A stretch of DNA of 64,000 nucleotides. It comes from Paraspadella gotoi (Eukaryota; Animalia; Chaetognatha). The notes below the pieces were generated by a model. It was not told the origin of the DNA. It searched no databases and was given only the letters and a program-made list of their open reading frames with translations. Each line of letters starts with the position of its first letter. Position 1 is the stretch's first letter. The position numbers and the translations under genes are program-made. Below are positions 18,570-31,244 of the stretch, piece by piece. The stretch lies in NCBI GenBank assembly GCA_051294375.1, contig CM119270.1, forward strand, positions 19,541,741 to 19,605,740. The letters run 5' to 3'.

Positions 18570-20703
18570 CTGAAATATAAACAATGAAGAAAAGTCAGTT
18601 ATAATAATAATGTTGTTGTTTTTTAAAATCTAACTGATATCAAATTATATCCTGAAATTCTATTTTTGAAAAACGATCAATTGTCTTTTTTTTCATTTTT
18701 AGGATTATAGGTTTTCGAAATTATCCGCTTTGTGGTTGTGGCGCTGTAAGGTAAACACGACTCTTTATTAAAACAAAATAGCACGGATAATGCTTAACCT
18801 GTGAGATGAGGACCAAGAATCGTGAAATCTTGCGCCGTGTGATCCGGAATGGCCGTGTCACCCGACCATAAACGAACCTTAATTAATTTACTAATGTTAA
18901 TTTATTGTTCTGAATTTATAGAAGAATTTATTAAGTCCATTGGACTTTTTTTTTATTTATTGGTCCTATCGATGGATGAATTGATTGATAGATAGATTGT
19001 TAATTTGCTGATTGCATTATAATAATTGATTGATAATTGAGTTATTGTTTGATTGATTAATTGCTCAATTCCTTATTACCTTAATCGACTAATTGATTGA
19101 TATATTAATTGATTTATTGATTAATATTTGGCTACCGCCTGCCTAACCTTGTATCCCGTCAGCCTCTCCTCGTATTTTGCGTCGGTGACGACCGGAGACC
19201 ACGTGACTTTAATGCTGTCCTCTCTGATGGAGTAGATCTGCACCGTGGCGGGCGGCAGCTGCGGCGCCGATTTGAGGGTGCGGACCCGGATAAAGTCGGA
19301 ACGCGGTCNNNNNNNNNNNNNNNNNNNNNNNNNNNNNNNNNNNNNNNNNNNNNNNNNNNNNNNNNNNNNNNNNNNNNNNNNNNNNNNNNNNNNNNNNNNN
19401 NNNNNNNNNNNNNNNNNNNNNNNNNNNNNNNNNNNNNNNNNNNNNNNNNNNNNNNNNNNNNNNNNNNNNNNNNNNNNNNNNNNNNNNNNNNNNNNNNNNN
19501 NNNNNNNNNNNNNNNNNNNNNNNNNNNNNNNNNNNNNNNNNNNNNNNNNNNNNNNNNNNNNNNNNNNNNNNNNNNNNNNNNNNNNNNNNNNNNNNNNNNN
19601 NNNNNNNNNNNNNNNNNNNNNNNNNNNNNNNNNNNNNNNNNNNNNNNNNNNNNNNNNNNNNNNNNNNNNNNNNNNNNNNNNNNNNNNNNNNNNNNNNNNN
19701 NNNNNNNNNNNNNNNNNNNNNNNNNNNNNNNNNNNNNNNNNNNNNNNNNNNNNNNNNNNNNNNNNNNNNNNNNNNNNNNNNNNNNNNNNNNNNNNNNNNN
19801 NNNNNNNNNNNNNNNNNNNNNNNNNNNNNNNNNNNNNNNNNNNNNNNNNNNNNNNNNNNNNNNNNNNNNNNNNNNNNNNNNNNNNNNNNNNNNNNNNNNN
19901 NNNNNNNNNNNNNNNNNNNNATATTCCCACCACACCATCCCCCTTTTTCTCACCTCAACCGGACGCCACGTGACAAGATGGCAGGTTGGCGTTGCTTCCA
20001 GCGCCTCTCACGCTCCGCGGCGCCACCTGCGGCCGTGTTCTCTTGCGGAGCGGATGACGACGACGGAAGAGTTGGGTCGAAGCCGAGATGATTGAAGGCT
20101 TGGGATCTGTGGGTGGAGCGGGGGAGGTGGAAGGGGGTGGGGGGAAGGTGGATGGGGGAAGTGGAAGGTGGTAGGGAGGGGGGGATAACGGCGTCGGGGT
20201 TGAGTCGTTGAGGTTTGTGATTCCTTTCAATTTGCTTTTGATAAAAAAATGTTTTTCCTCTATTATCCTAATAATGTGATTGACATATTGTACAATTGTA
20301 CGTTTGAAAAAATTAGATTCCATTCGATTTTTAGATTTAAATAAATCTATTTATGATATATTTTCCCATTTTTTTATTCCAAACGCCAAGAGTGTAAAGA
20401 TGATAGGAGGAACGAGTTATATAGTATTACAAGTTAAAACCTTTAATAATGATTTATCTCTCATAACTTTGACGAATTTTTAGGTTCACGATTATTCACC
20501 TGAACTTCGTATTCCTTGTAATAATCCTCGGGGTTGACTTTTGCCACGTACTGTTTTAACGCTCCCTATAGGAGAAGAATTTATTGTTATTTAATCCATA
20601 CCATATTATAATTAGATTAGTCATCCAAATGACATGTTAATCTAAAGAGCAATACAAAGAGCAATGCCAACTGACTCGCTTTCTTTTCTTCTCTCTGTTC
20701 TCT

Positions 20704-20799
<96 letters not shown>

Positions 20800-22772
20800 C
20801 CAACCCTCACCGTACTTTGACCTCGTCCAACCACCTCGGACTCCCCACCGACGCCGGACGAACTTGTTCCACTCCAACGGTCTTCCACCTTCACCGACGT
20901 TATCCGATCCCTGGTCCAGTCCATTCTCTTCTCTCCTCGACAACGGCGTCCAGCGGATCTGCAGATCGCCGACGCGTCCACCGCCGCCGCCGACGCCGCC
21001 GGGGGCGCGGGCGGGCGGCGCCGGACGGGTCCGGATCCGGTCCGTCGGGAGAGACGGCGCCCCTTTGCCCATCATGTTGACGGCGGTCAAGCGGAAGGAA
21101 TGTTCCGTCCCTGGCGAAAGGCCGAAGACTGTGGTCGATTCGCGGCTCTTGTCGAGGCCGTCCACGCGGTCTTTGACCACGCGCCATCTGTGGTTTTTTT
21201 TGTTGGGGGATCGGATAGTGATTGAGTCAAATAAAGAATAATTAATCCATTGATTGATTGATCGATTCTTTCTTCGATTTAAAAACGAATAATGATGAGA
21301 TTAAAGATAGATTCTGTCATTTATAATTTTTTGATTTGTTAATTGATTTATTGATTAATTAATTCATTAACAACCTTGGATGCCACTGGCTTTTAGCTTC
21401 GACGACGTAATACTGAATCGGTCGCCCGTGTGAATTTCCCGACGACCAACGAAGCCTCACGGAATCCTGAGACGAAAAAAAAAAGGAAAGAATAAAAATC
21501 AATAATTAAAATTGTTGATTTTGACTTATTCTGTAAATTTAGGAAGACCAGATATAAGTATAAATATTTTATATATTTTATGCATTAGTCGTATCGAAGA
21601 ATAGAGTTATGCTTTTACAACGCCTAGAATGACGATACAATTAAAAGTTTCCACCATAATGAGTTCATTTGTCGGATTCATCTCGTTTTAATTAAACGTC
21701 GGCGCTTCAAACTCCGTTCATCTCATCTTAAGGCGATGAGTGACACGTCAGTAACATAAGGGACTAAAAGACCCGGATGTAACAACAACGCTCATTCTTT
21801 CCAATTCAATAGAAGTCAACAAAGAGACCAACGGCCTCTTCCCCCCCCCCTATTGGACCTGCGTGGCGTCCGACGCCTGCACGCCCCCCGGCGACCCCGG
21901 CGGCCCGATGACGCGGACGGTGACGTTGAGCGTCGCTTCGTCGACGGTTGTCTTGGCAACGCAAGTGTATTTACCGGCCTGAGAAAATCCGGCGTCGCTG
22001 ATCTTGAGATCGCCCTTGGAGGCGCCTGCGAGGATTGGATCGGGTTGGGAAGGTAAGTTAAGAAGACAGAGATTTCCTCGGCGAGTTCTATCCGAGTCGC
22101 GGATCCGATTCGATCTTTGGTTCCGATTCCACCTTCGATGAAGGTTTACTTACCCTAAATTATAATGTTAATATTCGTTTCTTGACAAATCTAATTTTTA
22201 AGTCTCGATTTAAAATCTCTATTTTATTTTTCTGTTTTTTGTTTCTTACTTTCACCAATCCCTCGCACATTGTTTTACTATGACCTTCGATGTGTCCTCT
22301 AATCCATCACTATGTTTATATACCACAACTACTCCTTTCATTAATCCTAAACTTATGCTTAACTGTTTTTTTAATCATTTAACGCTCACTTATCTTCCCC
22401 ATCACTTCTCACTTTTAACTCTTCACTCCTTTGTTTTAACTTCTTACTTTCCACTTTTAAGTCCTCACTCCTTCATTACTCAATTTTCACTGATCACTCC
22501 TCAATCCTCACTCTTCATTTCCCACTCCTTACTTTTAACTCCTGACTCTTTAATTCTCACTCTTCTCACCTCACTTCCCAGACCTCACTTCTCACTCTCC
22601 ACTACCTCACCTTTCCCTCCCATTTCCTCACCCGATCCGACTTTGTAGTGATCATCGTTTTCAATGTCGATCATGACGTCGTTTTTCTTCCACACGTAAG
22701 TCAGATCGAGCATGTGGTGAGCGGCGGCTTTGCAGTGGACCGTTCTGGAGGATGGAAAGATAGAAAGATGCA

Positions 22773-22864
<92 letters not shown>

Positions 22865-25800
22865 ACAAACAAACCTTTAAAGAAAAAGCCAACCTGGAAG
22901 ATCCAAAGAGGATGTCGACTCCCATCGTCGAGTCGCCCTCATTGATGACGGTCTTGGGAACAACGTAGAGATGACCGCTGCTGGAAGCGCGACCCTGACA
23001 TTGTAATTTATATTGTAAGTTGTAACGTTTAGCAATTCACTTCACTTCATTTAATATATTATTTATATAATTTACAGTTTATTTATTTTAAATCCAAACT
23101 TGTCTCCCCCCCACTCCCAATATATTGACATCAACATTCTACATACAAAATGTTTTCTTGTAGAACTCTGAATTTTAACTTTATGCTTTCTTCTTCTAAA
23201 AACAATATTCTTAAAATAATTTAACCTTTATTCTAATAATTTACTATTTATATATCGTTTTGAATTAAAAAGTAATCCATCTATGCATAAATGTTTCAAT
23301 AATTTGTTGTCAACGAATCAAACGCATGAATATAAATCCCAACCAGCCCGGGGCACCCACCCCCCCTCCCCCTCACCTTGGAATTGCTCGCCTCGCACAT
23401 GTATTCCCCAGCATCCTCCATGGAGACTTTCTGGATGAGCAGATTCCCGTTGGATAGGACGTTGGCGACCGGGACAGGGATCCCATCTTTGGTCCAGCGG
23501 AACTCGGGGAAGGGCGCCGCCTCGGGGGAACAGGCGATGATGGTCTGACTGCCCAGAGCCGCCATCTCGTGGAGAGAAATGAACGGTGGCGAGGTGAGAC
23601 AGGGATGATGTAGAGTGAAATGTCAAATTAAAATTAACTCCTTCGTCAGTGATTACTTTAGATTTTTATTCGGAATTCTTATACATATTTGTACATATTT
23701 CTTGTACATATTTTAATAATTTCAAATTTTTGTTTTAAAAATTTTAATTATTTTTCATAATTTGAATTTTAGAAATTTAATTCTTTTTTCCTTGACCTTT
23801 TCCCTTCAATCCTGTCAACAAGTCCCTCACATTCTTTCAATATTTTTCTTACATTCACCATATACACTATCATACAGTACCACTTTGATTTCCACACTCT
23901 TCCCGCATCTCAGTTCCACCCTTCCCTTCCATCAATCTACAGTTCTTCCCTTCCAAAGCCACAGTACCAACCACAGCCCCAACCACGGCCACTGTCCCAA
24001 CCTCAGTCACTGACCCAAACACAGCCCAAACCACAGCCACACTCCCAACCTTAGCCCCAAACAAGCCCCAACCACAGCCACAGTCCCAACCACAGCTCCA
24101 ACCACAGCCCCAACAACAGCCACAGTCCCAACCACAGCTCCAACAACAGCCCCAACCACAGTCACAGTCCCAACCACAGCCCGACCCACCTTTCGCCTAT
24201 CGATGGGATTCTTGGAGAATGAAGGAGCAAAGGCCAAAACTCGAAGTTGAGCTGAGGTCGCGACGACGCCGTATTTGTTGCTCGCGATGCATTGGTACAT
24301 TCCTGGCAGAATAAGGTCATCTGTTATATAAACTTTGTATAAAAATTTGCATGATTGTATATCTAAAACTCGCTATTTATCTTACTTTAAAATTTGCTTC
24401 TTTTATACATTTTTCTTATCTATTTTTTTTTAAATGTCATCACATAAATCGTTTTTGAATTTAGCACAGTAATTCCTAAATGTATTACTTTTTATCAAGC
24501 NNNNNNNNNNTAAGATTTTTATTATCTATTTGTATCATAATTTTTTTCTCTGAAGTCAAAGAATTGAAATCTGAAGTTTTTTTAATCTACAGTGCATAAG
24601 CTTAATCTGTAATTTCCATTGTAACTATCTTTTTGGGGTGTTTGGTGCATTAGTCATCGTGTTGAATAAATATAAGTATAATTTTTTTTTGTTGTGAAAT
24701 TGCTCCTTGATCTGTTCTGGAGAATTGTGACATGACCTTTAGCAGAATGAAGATAAGCCACAAGAAGATTGCCTAAATAATCATTCTGACTTTATCTCGT
24801 TTTGTCCAGTCTTTTCTTTCGTATTTGTTCTATTTCTGATAAATGTCGAAAATTAGAATTTTAAAAGCCCGGCAACCAACTTCAGCGTCAAACTTTTATT
24901 GATTCTCCTTTTAAAATAGAAATCTTCAATACAGAGACAATTCTCGATTTAGATAAAAACTCTGAATATATATTACGTTTCAACTTTTAATTCCGCCCCG
25001 AATACATTTTAGATTGTGGACGCGTACACCATAAGGAGGGACGCCTTCACGAAAAACCACCCATTAACGTCATGGCCGCCGCCAAGAGCAAAAGCGTCAT
25101 CGATCCGCATCAGGAGACGCAAGCGCGTAAACTCCTGATGTCTGGTGAAAAGAGTCTGCAGAAGCTGGCGTCCAGCCGCGGCCTCGGAGGCGCAGCTTCG
25201 CAAGGAGACATTAACCCTTTGGCCAAAAGATTGGTTCAGTCCGGCAAGCTCTCGACGAAGGATCAGCAAAAGGTAGAGGATCTGGTCACGGCGCGTAACA
25301 AGCACGCTCACCAATGGAATCAAAAGGACGTCCGAGGGCGAGAGGCCATCGTGGGTGAATTGGTGAAGGGAGTCACGGCGTTGGGATTTTATAATTCACA
25401 GGGAAAAGAGTATGCGACGAAGGGGAGTGGCATGTTCGTTAAAAAAACACCTCATCCCTCCCAACAATTTCACGGCAAGCCAACACAGTCACATCCACAG
25501 AAAAAACATACCAGTCCCGGTCATACTAAACCAGTTCATGCACATCATCCCACTCAAGCAAAAACAACTCATTACAAAGAAAGCACCGGACAAGCTAAAC
25601 CAACTAAGCAGACTCCTGCAACGCACGGTCCTTCAAAAGTAAGTCAGGCGCCATCAGCAAGAAAAAAGACGGTTCAAACCACAACCAAGGCGAAAGGCGG
25701 GCCTTCCTCTACTAAGAAAACGTTTCATGACAAGCCAGGTCGTAAATAATTTTGATTTACAAATTAAGATGCAGTTGATCAAACTTTTGAAATGATTTTT

Positions 25801-28800
25801 CAATGAAATGAAAAACACATGGTAAATGTTCGTAAATTTCATATTTATGGAATAAATATAACACCATTGATTCTCCAATGTAGTTGCAATAAATTATCAA
25901 AAGATCTGAATCAGTCAAAGAATCATCGAATTTAAAATTAACACTATAGCTACGTATAATGTTGTATAATCTTTTTTTTTGGGACTCTACGCAGAGATGG
26001 AATCGCCGAATCCTAATTTGTCGCCGATAAAACCGCCACTGACTCATATGCGTCAAATTTTACCTCGGAATATAACTTAAAAATCAATGATTTCATCCCC
26101 GTCATAGAAATAGCCATAGCCGATGAAATTTAAATGCTAATGAATACAACGTTAAAATAATATATCATAAGCATAGATTAAAATACTTTTTGTCAAAAAT
26201 TATTTTTTCGGAGGGTACTAGCCTAATTAAAATTATTATATTACTATATAAAGCAAAAATTTTTTTTTTGAAATCTTAAAATTTTTTAATGGATTCTGAT
26301 AGAGCATAAAAAGTTAAACAAGAAATATAATCACTGCTTTTAAAAATTCTTACGTTTTCTTAATAAAAATTTTAAAAAACTGATAAAATCAACAAAAGAT
26401 GATGATGATAACGATTTTTTATGGTTTTCTTATTTTTGACCAACTTATCATAAAAATATTATTGAAGTAATCCTTTCTTTTTCGTTGTTACTATTAATTA
26501 GAGAATTGACAAAGTTTTTGTTTGCAACGAATTTTATTTATAGTTGAACAGACATGTTTCGACTTGTTTTACAAGTCTTCATTTGATCAACTATCAACTA
26601 TCAATGTCTGTTCATTGTTCAACTATAAATAAAATTCGTTGCAAACAAAAACTTAGTCAATTCTCTAACATAAAAATATTTAAAAAAGAATTATGCTTTG
26701 TGTAGACAACTTTTTATGAGCTATTTGAATCTGGTCTTAAAAGTTAAAAATTCTAAAAAAATTTTTGACCTTTCCTATCTATAAATAAATATTAAAAAAA
26801 TAATTACTAGGGTATAGAGCCATATAAGAAATTTTTTGTCCATTGAAAGTATACTTAAAAATGTATAAATTTTCGTTTGAGCTTGTACTCACTCTAAATT
26901 TTTGACTCACCCCATTGAGTGCGGCTCCCCCTAATAGAAAGAATTAGTTCGAACTCAAAACGGCTTAATGAAATGATCTCGCCATAACTCGGGACCGATG
27001 CATCGGGGATGGCACTCTAGCTGACTCAAACAATATGGAATAGTGAGTTCCAATGGATGAATGTAATTTTAACGATTTTTTTTTTATCTAAAATTTCTTT
27101 CATGTTATCTCCTTCGTTTTTCTTCTTATTTCAAACTCGTTCTTATGTTATACTCTGCCATAACGACTTCCCGGGGCCGACTCTCTCCCGTGCCAGAGAC
27201 AATTTCGATTCGAGACAGGTTTTATAATCGAACGCAAATCTTGAAGAACAAAAAAAAAACAAAAAAAAACAGACACGACATAACTGAAAATAACGAAAGG
27301 GAAAATAAGAAGCATCAAGAAACTGAAAATCGCTAGATTTTATATTTCTCAATTTTCATTCAGTCTGACGTCAAAAGTAAGTTGCAATTCAAAGATTCAA
27401 ATTATACAGATTTTTTTTAATTATTAAATCTCTGTTTAGATTAAACAATATTTGTTTTCAAAGTTTGCATATGCACTGCATTTTATGCAGTTTTAAGCAC
27501 GAAACGATAATCCAGCTTAAATTGTATTTTGATTTAGCCATTCATTGGTAGCCAAACATAATATCTGAAAGTTAAACTGCAACTTTAAGTAGAACAGCAA
27601 GTACAGCTGCAATAGCAACTGCAAGTGCCATGGGTCGCAAGAAGAAGCAGAAGGTCGAGTTCGATCCGCAGCAGGAATCGCGCGTCCGTCAAAGGCTCAT
27701 TCTCGCGGAGAAGAGTCTCCAACGCCTCGTGGAACGACACGGGCTGCAGATTGATCCGGTCAATAAGGTAGGGGGGCGGGAGAGAAGTTTGCTTGCAAAT
27801 CTTAGACAATCTCTCGAGAGAAAATGTATAAAGTTTTAAGAGTTAGAAGTTGAGTTATAAATTAAAAATAACTTATTGTTGATGTTAAAACAACAATTTT
27901 AATTAATTCTTTATCAATCTCAGTGGGTCTTCTTCGACTAATTATGTATGGTTTTTAATTTATTTACTTACATGTATGTAAATCTCCTTTGAATTAACAT
28001 TACATAGGCACTACTCAAAATAATATGAAAATCATCAACAGAGACGATATAGTTAAAATATTTATAAAATTTACTCGCCCGCTTTTTCGCTGCTTTCCCC
28101 AATTCGCCACAACCAATCACCCGCCAATAACCCCACCTATCCTCAACCAATCACCCGCCTATCCCTCCACCTATCCTCAACCAATCACCCGCCTATCACC
28201 CCACCTATTCTCTCCCATTCCCTAGCCAATCACCTAAACAATCTCCTACTAATCCCCTACCAATCTCCAACCAATCCCCACCTCACACCCCCCCACACTC
28301 CAATCAGGACATCACCGCTCTGGTCGGTCAACTCCTCGAGTCAGGCCAACTCTCTCGCAACGAGCGGCGCCTGGTGGAATCGCTGCGCCTGGCGCGGAAT
28401 CGCCACGCCCACAAGTGGAACGAACTCGACGTTCGGGGTCGCGAGGTCATCGTGGGTCAGTTGGAAAGAGGCGTGACGGGTCTGGGCTTTTTCAATCGTT
28501 GGGAGTGGGACGTCGTGGTGGTGGCCGTGGGTGCTAGAGGCAGTGAGAGAGGGGCGGTGTCTGGGGGCAGGGACACGCCCACATCCGGGGGAGACGCTTC
28601 CGTTTCTGACGACATTTCGTCTTCGGCGGAGGATGAATATTCGCCGGAGGACGATTCGCTGCTGGACGGTGGAGACGTCGAGCAGCAAGAATGCTGCGTT
28701 ATTCTTTAGAGGATGTTGTCTCATTCTTGCTGAAGTAAAACGGATTTACAATCGGCTAATTCGCGTGAAACTAAAATCGACTATTGTCACACTACAGGAA

Positions 28801-29305
28801 ATGGTCTTAGCTTCGCATTCAATTTGACTGTAAAAAGCCCATTTGTCTATTACTTTCATGATCTTATATCGTAAGACAAAAAGTCATTATTTTCGTTTTT
28901 CTATTCGTATTTTTGTTTTTTTATGTTTATGTTTTGTTTCGTTTTGATATGATTTTTTTTATTTGAACTGCTGTCAACACATTATTTAAAAATTGAGAAA
29001 TTTTGTGTTTATAAACAGTTTTTATATTTATTGCTTTTAGGTAAATAACTAACTTAGATAATCTCTATATAAGAGAGAGAGGGAAAGAGAAAGAAAAAGA
29101 AACAGAAATAGAGAGAGAGAGAGATATAGAGATATAGAGAGAGAGATAGAAAGAGAGATTGAGAGATGTATAATGCGACGATCATAAATGGTCTTCAGTT
29201 AGAAGTTTGGTTTAACCAAAGTTCCCTTCTCTCTTTCGGTCATACATCGATATTCAAAGAAAGAGAGAGAGAGAGATTAGGAAAAAAAACTGGTTTTAGC
29301 CTTCT

Positions 29306-29381
<76 letters not shown>

Positions 29382-31196
29382 CAGTTTCAAAGTTATTTTT
29401 GAGAAAAAGCGAATAATTTATTCCAAATGATTAATATTCAACTGTTTATACTATTCTTACGAGTTCAAAAACCTTTTTCCCAGAAATGTTGAAAATGAAA
29501 GTTCTGGGAAATGTAAAGCTTACTTCGATTGCGTCGGAAAAGTTAAGTTTACGAAAAGTCACAAATGTTACAAGTTTTACAACATAAAATCAAACTTTGA
29601 CTGGTAAGTAAAAGACTGATTATTGAATTTAAAAGTACTCATGAAAGTTTCAAAATTACTTGTTTCACCATCTTTATTTTTGATTTTTTAGGTTTAAAAT
29701 AACTATTATTTATGATTTTATTTATTTGTTAAAATATTTTTGTGTTAAATATTTAAATATGAAATTGGTACAAGCAATGTAAAAATTATCCATTCATTTA
29801 ATAAACAAGCTATCTTTGGACAGGCTTTGGTGGTTTGATATTACTGATATTTATATTATATTATAATATTATTAATCTGTTTGGGATGGGAAAGTGAGTG
29901 TTGTCTTATGGAAATAGAGGGTGCAGCTACACAACACAAGGTTAGATTACTTTCTGTTCCAGTTTTCTAATATATATCGTACATCCTTCCTGTTGGAAAA
30001 TCATTAATGAGAAACTCATAATATCCACAAGGCCGAACAAAAAGGGGGGAATATATAATTTTTTGGGGGGATTAAGGTTATATTGTATGATTATTTTCAT
30101 CATAAGGATAACACTACTTAGTAGAATTGTAGGTTCTGATAGGGATACATACTGGGAAAAGTTTCATAGGGGCACCTTTATATTTCGAATGTAATTTTAA
30201 AGTATTTGTTAAAATATCTTTTATTAATTTTTTAAAAAGCTCACTCTCGGCTTCGGGAACCGTATATATTTCTATATCAAAGTATAAATTCAAATAGGTC
30301 ATCAGTCATGGATTTCGGCTCTATTTCACAAAAAAAAATTTTAAACGTTAACAAATCAAAAAGTGTCCTTTGTTTCTCAGACTCCAACTTGTGATACTTT
30401 TGTAAAATTATGTTTGTACGTCCCTCAAATTCAAAAAGTAGTTTTTAAGTTTCGCATTATGTTTAAATAATTTATTTATTCCTTATCCAAAATTACTTTC
30501 CGCCAGAACGTTTATAAATCTTTTACTCTTCCGTCTCCTTCCAACTTCCAATGTCCTTCGTCGACGCCGACCAAGAGGCTCGCGCCAGGCAGCTCGTCAT
30601 TCTGGGAGAGAAAAGCCTGGAACGCCTGATGACCCGTCACCGAATGACCCGCGATCCGGGAGTCAAAGACCCATCTGGTGGAACAGCTCGTGAATTCGAG
30701 AAAACTGTCGTCAAGGGAAAGACGACAGGTGGATGCGTTGCGGATGGCGAGAAACAGACACGCCCACGATTGGGACGGACTCGACGTCAGAGGGCGCGAT
30801 GCAATTGTGAGAGCTGGAGAGGGTCGTATCTGAATTGGGATTCTACGATCCGCGGAATGCTGATTCCGTTGTACGAATAGTGGAACCGAAGCGAGCGAAA
30901 CCAGTGGTCATCCCTATACCGGAACAACATATTCGGCAAAAAGATTCGTGTTGCGTCGTATTGTGACTCGAAATTCCTTGAGAGCAGATTGCGTCTGTAA
31001 ATGCAATGACTGTGAGACTAGGAAATCTCACGATATTTATTAGGTTAATCTTCATAGTTCGACTTATGTTGATTTGTCAATAACTAGAAAAATAAAATTC
31101 TCATATAATTTTTAATTTGTTTAAGAGAGCAGAGTTTATTTATTCTTTAATCGCATAAAAGGACTTAATTTAGGAACAAACGATTTTTTTGTGTGT

Positions 31197-31244
<48 letters not shown>

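Noticed and set aside
14773-19973. Long ORFs containing X runs
   Set aside because: Artefacts of N gaps; only the flanking contactin exon pieces are real.
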